A program made the translations under genes and the position numbers. Shown piece by piece: positions 30,014 to 39,121 of a stretch of 64,000 bases of DNA; within the stretch, counting starts at the first letter, position 1, and each line of letters opens with the position of its first letter. The notes beneath the pieces are model-generated. The model was not told the DNA's origin. It ran no database searches and saw only the letters and a list, made by a program, of their open reading frames with translations. Origin of the DNA: Candidatus Woesearchaeota archaeon (GTDB taxonomy: Archaea; Nanobdellota; Nanobdellia; UBA10117); assembly GCA_964354105.1 (NCBI GenBank), contig CAYGXM010000002.1, positions 14,398 to 78,397 on the forward strand, given 5' to 3'.

Positions 30014-30583
30014 TTATGCCTTTCTTTTTCTCAGTGCAAACAAGCCAAGCAATATCACTATCACTACGACTGCTATAATTACTGGCATCCAGCTTTTTGC
30101 TTTCGGCTCACAAGTCACTTTCAAAGTTAAAGGCGCTGCTGCTACTGCTCTTGTTGCAGAGCCTGCTGCTTCTGCGCTTGTGTCTGTCTGTGATTTTTCT
30201 GCCGCAAGAACATCACCAATGTAAGTCACTTGTTGTTCGCTGCAGGTTCTCTGGCACATTATGCCTGCTGTGCAGTCTTCTTTGTAGACTTTCGGGATTT
30301 TGAAGCAGATAGAAACTGGTATCGCCTTGTCGTGCATGGTGCCTGCTGGTACTGTAACGGATTGGCTGTCTATAACCAATGACTCCAAAGCGCCGCTGGC
30401 TGTCAGGTATATAGTTGCATCTTCACTGAATGGATTGTAAACACTGTAAGCTACGCAATTTGTCTGCCCTTCGTTTACAGGCTCGCTCTGGGTGGCCCAC
30501 ATAATCCCCACGCCTTTCTCAGCTGCTGCCAAAGGCAGCAAAAGCAAAAAGAAAAATAAGGGAATCAAAAATTTGGAATTCAT
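30014..30583 (-). CDS. secreted Ig-like protein with C-terminal TM anchor
   Basis: Signal peptide, six Cys, C-terminal TM followed by RKRK. Confidence 0.75.
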   Translation of the reverse strand: MNSKFLIPLFFFLLLLPLAAAEKGVGIMWATQSEPVNEGQTNCVAYSVYNPFSEDATIYLTASGALESLVIDSQSVTVPAGTMHDKAIPVSICFKIPKVYKEDCTAGIMCQRTCSEQQVTYIGDVLAAEKSQTDTSAEAAGSATRAVAAAPLTLKVTCEPKAKSWMPVIIAVVVIVILLGLFALRKRKA

Positions 30584-30591
30584 TTTGACCC

Positions 30592-31185
30592 CTAGCAAGC
30601 TGCTCCATTATATACAGCTTTGTACTCTACAGTATTTGTGTATGTACCTGCTGCCTGGCCTACCGGAATGTCTAGCCAATATCTGTAATAGCCATACCCA
30701 TTTGGCACGATGTTGTTGTTATTTGCCTTTACAAAAGATGTTGTAAAGGTATTATCGCCTGGTGGTCCTGATGGCTGGGAACTTGTGTTTGTTTTGCTGT
30801 CAGACCATGTATAATTTCCTAGGCCGATTGTATCATTACCAACAGTGCTCAATGGACCTTGTGCCCTATGACAGATATCTATATTTACGTTTGAATCGTT
30901 CGATTCGCGAACCCACATCGTCGTTGTGCTGTTTGCTCCGTTGTAGTCGTCTGTTGCATTTTGATCGTTGACTGGCAGGCTCGTTATGTTGCCGAAGTCT
31001 ATGCCATCTGCTAGATTAGCAGAGAGCGTTATGGCATAATAATACGAGATGGCAACTCTAGACTGAGTTGTTTGTGTAGTTGCCGCACCGGTAAGTGATG
31101 GCCCGTGCGAGCTCATCAGCAATCCGCCAATCAGAACAGCTACTAGTGCAAAGAGCACAATAAGTATTGCTGCATTTTTCGCCAT
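30592..31185 (-). CDS. putative pilin/WxL-like surface subunit
   Basis: N-terminal TM, IDFG, C-terminal IP.GQAAGTYTNTVEYKA; strong AGGAGG Shine-Dalgarno. Confidence 0.65.
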   Translation of the reverse strand: MAKNAAILIVLFALVAVLIGGLLMSSHGPSLTGAATTQTTQSRVAISYYYAITLSANLADGIDFGNITSLPVNDQNATDDYNGANSTTTMWVRESNDSNVNIDICHRAQGPLSTVGNDTIGLGNYTWSDSKTNTSSQPSGPPGDNTFTTSFVKANNNNIVPNGYGYYRYWLDIPVGQAAGTYTNTVEYKAVYNGAAC

Positions 31186-31244
31186 TTTTGCCTCCTAATT
31201 GTTTGCTAAAAGTGACGCTAGCAATTATATATACTTTTCTAAGG

Positions 31245-32147
31245 CTAAGGAGAATAACCGGTTTGCACCACCTTAAAGGCTAAGGTATTATTATAAAAGC
31301 CTGCAGGCTGGCCGCTTGAAACATTCAGGAAGAACTTCAGCCAACTTTTCGTGCTGTTTGTCATGTTGCTGCCTATTTTGTTATCTGTAAAGTTGGTTGT
31401 AAGGCTTTTCTTTACATTTGATGGAACTGTTGAATTTGTTATATTGTAGCTTAATTTTTCATTCGCCAGGGGAATAAAACTGGTATTTGACACCAAATTT
31501 CCATCTGCTTTCACATAAAGGTCTGCATTTATACCGATTGCATCAACAATTACATAATATTGTGTTGCGCCTGAGCCATTATTGCCTATTGCTGAATAAT
31601 TGTAAACTGGCAGAGTTGTAATGTTCCAGTCAACACCAGAAGCCAGCGTTGTTGAAAGGGCAAGTGCAAGTGCACTTTGATAGCACGTAAAATTGCCGTG
31701 TTTGTGTGCCCAATTTCCAGCTCCATCTTTTGCCCAGACGGTTACGGGATAATATCCTATGGAGGGTGCAGTCCAGCTGTAATACCATATGTCTTCACAA
31801 TAATGCCATCCGTCGTCAAAACAATCAACATGAAACTCGTCATGTTCATCGTACCAGCAATGCGCTTTATTCATAGTGTAATTTGTTCCATTTATATCCA
31901 GAATAACTTTGCTCACATAAGTATTATCTGTAATTTTTGTCGTAAAATTTACTGTCTTGCCGGCACATAAAGGATCTGCTGTAATGTTGAGATAATGTAT
32001 AGTTGGCGGCGTATAGTCGCCATAACAGCTTGCGTTCATATCTGGATCTTGAATTGAAAAAAAGCCAGTCTGCCGTGTGCCTGCCAGCAATGATAAAGCA
32101 AGTACAATAGCAACGAACATCAGAAAGTAAACTGTACTTTTAGCCAT
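31245..32147 (-). CDS. surface protein: Ig-like domain plus a domain paralogous to 30592..31185
   Basis: DYTPPTI..VWAKDGAGN Ig-like unit; C-terminal GQPAGFYNNTLAFKVV. Confidence 0.7.
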   Translation of the reverse strand: MAKSTVYFLMFVAIVLALSLLAGTRQTGFFSIQDPDMNASCYGDYTPPTIHYLNITADPLCAGKTVNFTTKITDNTYVSKVILDINGTNYTMNKAHCWYDEHDEFHVDCFDDGWHYCEDIWYYSWTAPSIGYYPVTVWAKDGAGNWAHKHGNFTCYQSALALALSTTLASGVDWNITTLPVYNYSAIGNNGSGATQYYVIVDAIGINADLYVKADGNLVSNTSFIPLANEKLSYNITNSTVPSNVKKSLTTNFTDNKIGSNMTNSTKSWLKFFLNVSSGQPAGFYNNTLAFKVVQTGYSP

Positions 32148-32197
32148 GGCCTTAATTGAAGTGTGAAACCTTATATATATAAAATATTCTACAATAA

Positions 32198-33421
32198 ATG
32201 GCCACAATGAAAGACGGATATCTCAGAGCTAATGCAATTCTCTTGCTTTCATCATTAGGCTCGGGCCTTACAGGCGCCTTTCTTTCCATTTATCTTATTG
32301 ACAGGGGAATTAGCCTTGCCAGCATAGGCCTTATCTTTGCATTGGGCCCGATTTTAGCGGGCTTGTTCAGGATTCCATTTGGATATGTTGTTGATTGTTT
32401 AGGAAGAAAAAAATTCATACTAATCGGTGCACTCGGATCCCCGCTTTTTGCAATTGGTTTGATTTTTGCAACCCAGATACAGCACTTTATGCTTCTCAAC
32501 ATCATGGTTACGCTTCTAAGCGCAATATTCTGGACTGCATTTAGTGCGCATTTGTTTGATGTTTTCAGCAAGGGCAAGGAAGGCCTTGGGCTGGCAGGAA
32601 GAAATATAACAACATTTGCAGCTTCTGCGCTTGCCCCTATTCTTGCAGGCATCATTGCGAATAAATATGGATTCACAAAGCTCTTCATGATAGGTGCAGC
32701 TGTTGCAGCAAGTGCAATCTTGCTCATTTTAACAATGAAGGACAATACGAAATGCCAGCGGATGTCTTTCAAGGCCGTCAAAAAAGAGTACAAGCACATT
32801 TTAAAAATCAAGGACATGAAGGCAATTGCAGCTGTAATTTTTGCAGTTGATTTTATTTTTGTATTCTGGGGAATATTCATACCCATTTGGCTGCAGCAAA
32901 ACGGCCTTAGCCTTGAAGCAATTGGAGCAATACTTTCAGTAAATATGTTAGTCGGTGCAGCCTTTCAGATACCAATGGGAAAAGCCATTGACAAGCACCC
33001 TGCAAGAGATGTCTTAATTCCTGGCTTCCTTCTTTTTTGGATAGGTGGATTCCTGTTTTTTGCATTTGAAAGTTTCTTTTCATATCTGGCTGCAAGGATA
33101 ACCCTTGGAATCGGCTCTGATGCAGCCTACTGGCCGGCTGTAAGCGCTTTGGCAAAAGTCACGCCAAAGAAAGAGCATGGCGGCGTGGTTGCATTGATAT
33201 TTGGGATTTCTACAGTGTTAAGCGGCATAGCTGCACTAGTAGGCGGCTTCCTTACCGACAAATTTGGCATTGCTCCTGTTTTGATAGGAGTTGCAGGCTT
33301 GCCTCTTCTTGTTGCAATAGGAATAGCAGCATCAAATTCGCTGAAAAAGACTGGAACAACAAAACACAAGAGGCATCACTTCAGGCATTACAGAGTAAAT
33401 AACCACATTCTGCACCGCTAG
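32198..33421 (+). CDS. MFS transporter
   Basis: GYVVDCLGRKK and GKAIDKHPAR motif-A copies, about 12 TM, His-rich tail. Confidence 0.9.
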   Translation: MATMKDGYLRANAILLLSSLGSGLTGAFLSIYLIDRGISLASIGLIFALGPILAGLFRIPFGYVVDCLGRKKFILIGALGSPLFAIGLIFATQIQHFMLLNIMVTLLSAIFWTAFSAHLFDVFSKGKEGLGLAGRNITTFAASALAPILAGIIANKYGFTKLFMIGAAVAASAILLILTMKDNTKCQRMSFKAVKKEYKHILKIKDMKAIAAVIFAVDFIFVFWGIFIPIWLQQNGLSLEAIGAILSVNMLVGAAFQIPMGKAIDKHPARDVLIPGFLLFWIGGFLFFAFESFFSYLAARITLGIGSDAAYWPAVSALAKVTPKKEHGGVVALIFGISTVLSGIAALVGGFLTDKFGIAPVLIGVAGLPLLVAIGIAASNSLKKTGTTKHKRHHFRHYRVNNHILHR

Positions 33422-33538
33422 GACTTAACGGTGCAGGGGTTATCTCTCAGCAGCAACAATGCTTTCTCGTTAAGTTTTTCTGATTCTAACAGATTCCCCT
33501 TCCGTTCATTTTTTAAAACTATCAGATTTTCTTTTGTT

Positions 33539-34081
33539 ATGGCAATCGAAGAAACTTTAGTTCTGATAAAGCCTGATGGCATGCGAAGAAACCTGATTGG
33601 AAAGATAATTGCAAGATTTGAAAAAGAACATTTGAAAATCATGGGGCTGAAACTTGTGAAAGCTGACCGCAAGCTGGCAGAGAAACATTACACAGATTCT
33701 GATGCGCAAGTTATTGGAATGGGCAACAAGACCCTTGGCGCAAATGGCGAGAAAAGGGCCAAAGAGATTTTTGGCACAACAGACCCCAAAGAACTGGGGC
33801 TTCAGCTGAGGGAATGGATGCTTCAATTTATTGTATCAACTCCTGTTGTAGCTATTGTTTTGGAAGGCGAGGATGCTGTCCAGAAAGTAAGAAAGATTGC
33901 TGGATACACAGATCCAAGCAAGGCTGAGATGGGCACAATACGCGGCGACATGGGAGTAGATTCAATAGCAAAAGCAAATGGAGAGCACAGAGCTACTGAG
34001 AATTTAATACACGCATCAGGCTCTGTAGAAGAGGCACAGCAGGAGATTGCACTTTGGTTCTCAAAAGTGATCTATTACTAA
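33539..34081 (+). CDS. ndk: nucleoside diphosphate kinase
   Basis: ETLVLIKPDG, GTIRGD, NLIHASGS; ATG at 33539. Confidence 0.93.
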   Translation: MAIEETLVLIKPDGMRRNLIGKIIARFEKEHLKIMGLKLVKADRKLAEKHYTDSDAQVIGMGNKTLGANGEKRAKEIFGTTDPKELGLQLREWMLQFIVSTPVVAIVLEGEDAVQKVRKIAGYTDPSKAEMGTIRGDMGVDSIAKANGEHRATENLIHASGSVEEAQQEIALWFSKVIYY

Positions 34082-34689
34082 TGGAAATCGCATTAGAAGA
34101 TATCGAATACCACCTAACATCAACTAAAACTAAGCCAAATATTACAATGTGTGAGGAAATTCTGCCATTTTTTCAGGGACAAGGATTCTGTGTAAGAAAC
34201 ATTCTTGATTTCGGTTGCGGCAGGTATATGCGGGACTCGCTACTTCTCACTAAAAATGGCTTTGACGTTGATGCTGTTGAACTTAAAGAACAAATCAAAA
34301 GAATAGACCCTAGGAAAGCTAAACGCGTCAATAATCTATCAACAGAAATTAGGCATGGTGATTACGATGCTGCGCTGCTCAATTTTGTGATACAGGTTTT
34401 GCCGACGCAAGAACAACGAACAGAAATCCTAGAAAAAGTCCGCAGTGCAGTCAAATATGACGGTTATTTTGTTTTATCTGTAAGGAACCAAAATGACGAG
34501 CGACATTTAACGAAATCAAAAGGCAGGCCATTTAATGACGGTTTTTTAATGGAAAGAAATAATGCTTATACGTTTGTAAAACTTTATGAGAAAAAAGAGG
34601 TTGAAACAATATTAGATTCCCTTGAATTAAAAGTATTAGACATATTCTCTACTTCAGATTCCTATATAGCATTGGCACAAAAGTTGTAA
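34081..34689 (+). CDS. class I SAM-dependent methyltransferase
   Basis: ILDFGCGR, VDAVE; TAATG overlap with ndk. Confidence 0.8.
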   Translation: MEIALEDIEYHLTSTKTKPNITMCEEILPFFQGQGFCVRNILDFGCGRYMRDSLLLTKNGFDVDAVELKEQIKRIDPRKAKRVNNLSTEIRHGDYDAALLNFVIQVLPTQEQRTEILEKVRSAVKYDGYFVLSVRNQNDERHLTKSKGRPFNDGFLMERNNAYTFVKLYEKKEVETILDSLELKVLDIFSTSDSYIALAQKL

Positions 34690-34730
34690 ATTAAAGAAAC
34701 ATTTAAAAAGAACTTAAAGCAAGCCATAGT

Positions 34731-35309
34731 ATGAAAGCAATATTATTGGTTAGTTTCATTTTAGCCACCTTAATCATACCAGTTGTTAGTGCAGATGTCC
34801 CAATGATGACAACTACTAATGTTTATTTTGAAAAAAACGGAGTACCTTATGAAGGTCCGGTAAACTTTACAATTGATTGTTATGGGTATTTATCGGATTA
34901 CACTGGCAAGGCTCCAGCACCAGGATACACTCCTGAAAAGGTATTTGATTTTAGTGCCAGCGTCCAAAAATATGGAGATGTAATAGAACAAAGTTACTAT
35001 TTTAATTATAGACACATAGATTATTGCAATGTTATTGGCAAAACGAAAGATGGAAATTTTAGCATAATGAATCTTCCCGATTTCCCGGTAAACCTTTCAG
35101 CATGCCAAAACATCGTAGAACAAGATAATTCTGGTATTCCAAAAGCGCGTTGTGAACTCAGATTAGATATGGCTAATAATACGCAAATTATACCTACTCC
35201 TAGCCCTGAACCGCAGCCTGAACCTACTCCAACCCCAGAACCAGTACACAAGAATTTTTGGGAATCCATATCTTGCTTTTTCAATAGACTCTTTGGCAAG
35301 AGCTGTTAA
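34731..35309 (+). CDS. secreted protein with a Pro-rich linker and an amphipathic Cys-containing tail
   Basis: Signal peptide ending VVSA; PTPSPEPQPEPTPTPEP; FWESISCFFNRLFGKSC. Confidence 0.75.
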   Translation: MKAILLVSFILATLIIPVVSADVPMMTTTNVYFEKNGVPYEGPVNFTIDCYGYLSDYTGKAPAPGYTPEKVFDFSASVQKYGDVIEQSYYFNYRHIDYCNVIGKTKDGNFSIMNLPDFPVNLSACQNIVEQDNSGIPKARCELRLDMANNTQIIPTPSPEPQPEPTPTPEPVHKNFWESISCFFNRLFGKSC

Positions 35310-35311
35310 AA

Positions 35312-35656
35312 ATGCTGCCAGAAACAATGTTTTTAATTTCCTTGCTCCTAACTTTAAGTATAGAAGTTCCCATCTTATTTATTTTTATTAGGTACATTTT
35401 TAAAAAAAATAAGATACCAATAAAAAAGGTAATAATCTCGGGATTTATTGCATCTGCTTTGACATTACCTTACTTATGGTTTATTTTGCCACCATTCATA
35501 AAATCTACTTATTACCTTCTTATCGGCGAGAGTTTAGTTATTGCTGCAGAAACTTTAATTTACTTTTATTTGCTTGATTTAGACTTAAAAAGATCTTTTG
35601 TAATCTCACTGGTTGCTAATATAGTATCTTTCCTAATTGGATTATGGTTTCTTTGA
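35312..35656 (+). CDS. four-TM membrane protein
   Basis: LLLTLSIEVP, TLPYLW, GE..V..AE, SLVANIVSF. Confidence 0.75.
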   Translation: MLPETMFLISLLLTLSIEVPILFIFIRYIFKKNKIPIKKVIISGFIASALTLPYLWFILPPFIKSTYYLLIGESLVIAAETLIYFYLLDLDLKRSFVISLVANIVSFLIGLWFL

Positions 35657-35704
35657 TTAAACCTTTTAAACCCAATTTCTGTTATAAATTTGAGATGATG
35701 CAAG

Positions 35705-37477
35705 ATGATACGACAGCCGATTATAACAGTGATGGGGCATGTTGACCACGGAAAAACCTCATTACTGGATTACATTCGCGGCACAGCAGTAGCCGCAAGG
35801 GAAGCTGGCGCTATCACCCAGCATGTAGGCGCATCCTCTGTTCCTCTTGACGTCATACAAAAGCTGTGCGGACCCTTGCTGGAGAGATTTAAAATCAAGT
35901 TCACGATTCCCGGCCTTCTTTTTATTGATACTCCGGGGCATGAAGTTTTTACAAATCTGCGAAAACGCGGTGGCTCTATTGCAGACCTTGCGATTGTTGT
36001 TATTGACATAATGCAAGGAGTACAACCGCAGACAAAAGAAGCCATTGACCTTTTAAAAAATTCTAAGGTTCCTTTTGTTGTTGCTGCAAACAAGATAGAT
36101 TTGATTGCAGGCTGGAAAACCCACAACATAACACACACACAAAATTTACCTATGCAGATACAGATGGCCAAAGAGCAATTTGACAAGAAATTATACGAAC
36201 TGGTCGGCCAGATTTCAGAATGTGGGTTTGATTCAGATGTTTACACAAAAGTTGATGATTACACAAAAAAAGTTGCAATTGTCCCTGTTTCTGCTAAAAC
36301 AGGCGAAGGTGTTGCAGAGCTCCTTGCATTGCTGACAGGATTAACGCAGAAATTCCTGGGAAAAACCCTGAAAATAGAGGTCAAAGGCCCTGCCAAAGGA
36401 ACAATCCTGGAAATAAAAGAAGAAAAAGGCCTTGGAACAACAGCAGATGTGATTCTTTACGATGGGAGCCTGAAGATAGGAGATACTATTCTTGTTGCAG
36501 GCATTGACAAGATAATTAAAACAAAAATCAAAGCCCTTTTGCGACCATTGCCATTAGTCGAGATAAGAGACGCACACAGGCGGTTTGAGATTGCAAAAGA
36601 AGTTTTCGCCGCAACTGGTGTCAAAGTTGTAGCGCCCGAATTAGAATTTGCAATTGCCGGTTCTCCAATAGTATCTGTGCAGAATGAAAAAGAAATTCCT
36701 GCTCTTGAAAAAGATTTGAGATCTGAAGTTGAATCCATTATATTAAAGACGCACATCCCAGGCATAATACTAAAGACAGATGCGCTTGGAAGCCTGGAAG
36801 CGATTTCATCTATGCTGGAAAAGAGAAACATCCCGATTCAGATGATGTCAATCGGTTCCATCAATAAAAGTGATGTTTCTGCAGCTTTGCCAAATGTGAC
36901 AAAAGCGCCGCTTGTAGCTTTCGTGCTGGGCTTTAATGTTACTGTAGATGAAGATGCGAAACAAATGGCAGAAAAGGAAAATGTTGTGATACTCAATGAG
37001 AAAGTTATATACCATCTGATAGAAAAATTAGAGACAGGAATTCTAGAAAAAAGAACAAAATTGGAGGCTGCAGCCCTGGAAGGCTTGACCTGGCCTGCAA
37101 AATTCAGGATTCTGCCTGGTTTTGTTTTCAGGCAGACAAAACCTGCTGTTTTCGGCGTTGAAGTTCTAGCTGGAAAATTGAAGCCAAAAGTCTCACTGCT
37201 TACAACAGATGGAAGGGAAATTGGAGAAGTAAAAAACATAGAATCCGAAGGGCAAAAACTGAATGAATTGCCTGTTGGCCAGCGTGCTGCAATCTCGGTT
37301 GATGGAATCACAGTTGGAAGACAGGTAAAAGAAGGCGATACTTTGTTTGTAGCAGTAGATGAGAACAGCTTCAGAAGATTAAAGGCAAAGAAAGAACTCC
37401 TTACAAAGAGCGAAGTGGACTGCCTTAAAGAGATTGCAGAGCTCAGAAGAATACAAAAGCCAACTTGGGGGTTGTAA
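35705..37477 (+). CDS. infB: translation initiation factor aIF5B (IF-2)
   Basis: RQPIITVMGHVDHGKT, GAITQHVGA, FIDTPGHE, NKID, SAKTGEG. Confidence 0.97.
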   Translation: MIRQPIITVMGHVDHGKTSLLDYIRGTAVAAREAGAITQHVGASSVPLDVIQKLCGPLLERFKIKFTIPGLLFIDTPGHEVFTNLRKRGGSIADLAIVVIDIMQGVQPQTKEAIDLLKNSKVPFVVAANKIDLIAGWKTHNITHTQNLPMQIQMAKEQFDKKLYELVGQISECGFDSDVYTKVDDYTKKVAIVPVSAKTGEGVAELLALLTGLTQKFLGKTLKIEVKGPAKGTILEIKEEKGLGTTADVILYDGSLKIGDTILVAGIDKIIKTKIKALLRPLPLVEIRDAHRRFEIAKEVFAATGVKVVAPELEFAIAGSPIVSVQNEKEIPALEKDLRSEVESIILKTHIPGIILKTDALGSLEAISSMLEKRNIPIQMMSIGSINKSDVSAALPNVTKAPLVAFVLGFNVTVDEDAKQMAEKENVVILNEKVIYHLIEKLETGILEKRTKLEAAALEGLTWPAKFRILPGFVFRQTKPAVFGVEVLAGKLKPKVSLLTTDGREIGEVKNIESEGQKLNELPVGQRAAISVDGITVGRQVKEGDTLFVAVDENSFRRLKAKKELLTKSEVDCLKEIAELRRIQKPTWGL

Positions 37478-37485
37478 CTTCTCGC

Positions 37486-38115
37486 ATGGTAACAAAAGGC
37501 TGGGAAATCGTATACCAAAAAGAAGGCGATCTTTACAAAGATGTAGGTCCTGAAATTAAAAAATATGCTAAAATTCTTAAAAGAAAGAAATATAGAAAAG
37601 TTCTAGATTTGGGTTGTGGAACTGGTAGAAATACTATTTATTTAGCAAAACAGGGATTTTTAGTCTACGCATTAGACATATCTAAAACGGGTGTGGCTAT
37701 TACAAAAAAGAAGGCCAAATCGCTTGGTTTAAAGAATATTAAATTTAAAGTTGCTGATATAAAACATACATCTTATCCGGATAATTATTTTGATGCAGTT
37801 TTATGCATCTTTACTCTTAGTCATGGACTATTAGAAGATAATAAAGATGCTGTTGACGAAATATATAGAATTTTAAAGCCAAAAGGAATGCTCGTAACTG
37901 AATTTATGTCTGTTAACGATAAAACTTGCGGTAAGGGAAAAGAAATAGAAAAAAATACTTTCTTAGGCGGCATGGAAGATGATAAACATATGATGCACCA
38001 TTATTTCACCAAAAGTGAGATTAATGAAATATTATCTAAATTTGCCAGATTTAAAATTTCGCCCAAAACTTATTTCGGAAAAGTAAAAGCATTTGATATC
38101 GAAGCAATAAAATAG
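37486..38115 (+). CDS. class I SAM-dependent methyltransferase (TehB-like)
   Basis: VLDLGCGTGRN, ALDIS, FDAV, ILKPKG. Confidence 0.85.
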   Translation: MVTKGWEIVYQKEGDLYKDVGPEIKKYAKILKRKKYRKVLDLGCGTGRNTIYLAKQGFLVYALDISKTGVAITKKKAKSLGLKNIKFKVADIKHTSYPDNYFDAVLCIFTLSHGLLEDNKDAVDEIYRILKPKGMLVTEFMSVNDKTCGKGKEIEKNTFLGGMEDDKHMMHHYFTKSEINEILSKFARFKISPKTYFGKVKAFDIEAIK

Positions 38116-38180
38116 GTCTATTAAAGGGTAGGACTCTGAAAAACTTAGAGAGTCTGACTTGGGGCCTGTAGGGTAAAATT

Positions 38181-38194
38181 CGAAAGTTTTATAA
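38181..38194 (+). promoter_or_regulatory. archaeal BRE-TATA promoter of the lipoprotein gene
   Basis: CGAAAG-TTTTATAA ending 24 nt before ATG 38218. Confidence 0.6.
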
Positions 38195-38217
38195 CAAACT
38201 ACTTATTCTATTTTAGC

Positions 38218-38814
38218 ATGGCAACAAAGCTTTGGATAATTCCAATTATATTATTAGTCGCAATAATTTTTGCAAGTGGGTGCACTTCACACAAGTCTAC
38301 ATCCACCCCATCTGCAAATACGGAACTTCAAAGCAAATATGAGTTTGATGTATCTACACTTCCTGATAGTCAGAATTACCACGTATTCTATGATTCTACG
38401 AACTACAGTTCTTTAGGTGTAACTGGACTATTAATGCACCATGAAACAATATTAAGACGCACAGATACGATAGATCCTGCAGTTAAAGACACCCCAATAA
38501 CAATAATTGCTTCTGTTATTACAACAGCCTCCATAAACGATGCAAATAGCGAATACGACGCATTACTGTTTAAGAATAAACAAGCAAGTCCATCTTTATT
38601 TACAATAACTGAGTTCGATACTCAAATAGGTGACAGAAGCTCGGGATTGATATTTACACCTACTGCTAACTCAGAAGGTAATCTAATGGAATTTGATATA
38701 TTATTTACATCAGGTGATCTTGTTGCCGAAATTAAAGTAATGGAAAATCCAGGCTCTACACCAACTTCTGTTCCAATAAATATGGCCCGGCAATTTGCTG
38801 AACAGATCAAATAA
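38218..38814 (+). CDS. putative lipoprotein
   Basis: Hydrophobic signal with an ASGC lipobox. Confidence 0.75.
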   Translation: MATKLWIIPIILLVAIIFASGCTSHKSTSTPSANTELQSKYEFDVSTLPDSQNYHVFYDSTNYSSLGVTGLLMHHETILRRTDTIDPAVKDTPITIIASVITTASINDANSEYDALLFKNKQASPSLFTITEFDTQIGDRSSGLIFTPTANSEGNLMEFDILFTSGDLVAEIKVMENPGSTPTSVPINMARQFAEQIK

Positions 38815-38893
38815 GCTATGTTCTTCTCATAAAATAGAATAATTAAAAAACTTAGAGAGTCAGACTTGGGGGCTATAGCTGAAAGTCAATAAA

Positions 38894-39121
38894 ATGGCAA
38901 TACAAAATATAGGCTACAAGAAATATAGATTCGACACGATACTTATGATAATCGTTGCGTTCTTAACAGTAGAGGTGATAGTAGATAAAAGTCTAAAATA
39001 TTTTTACGGGGCATCGTTTTATATGCGCCTCGCGGCTAATGTTGGCATAGTTATGGGCGCGATAATAGTTTATTACTTAATAACGTTGAAAAAGTTAAAT
39101 AGACTGACTTGGGGGTCATAA
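38894..39121 (+). CDS. small two-TM membrane protein
   Basis: 75 aa; its C-terminus is formed by the last infB-end repeat. Confidence 0.6.
   Translation: MAIQNIGYKKYRFDTILMIIVAFLTVEVIVDKSLKYFYGASFYMRLAANVGIVMGAIIVYYLITLKKLNRLTWGS

Larger units (their letters stand above)
37463..39121 (+). repeat. four dispersed direct repeats of the infB 3' end separating three genes
   Basis: Copies at 37463-37477 (infB end), 38139-38171, 38846-38878 and 39089-39121; core ACTTGGGG; copies 2 and 3 are 30/33 identical. Confidence 0.85.

Noticed and set aside
33431..33538. N-terminal extensions given by the ORF track for ndk (similarly lhr, 59541, 31245..32207 and 62904..63827)
   Set aside because: They start at upstream codons that run through promoter-like AT-rich sequence; downstream ATGs match family starts or TATA spacing
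37463..39121. CRISPR array or classical integron for the 33-bp repeats
   Set aside because: The intervals are whole genes of about 0.2-0.7 kb; no cas or intI genes; no RYYYAAC..GTTRRRY attC structure
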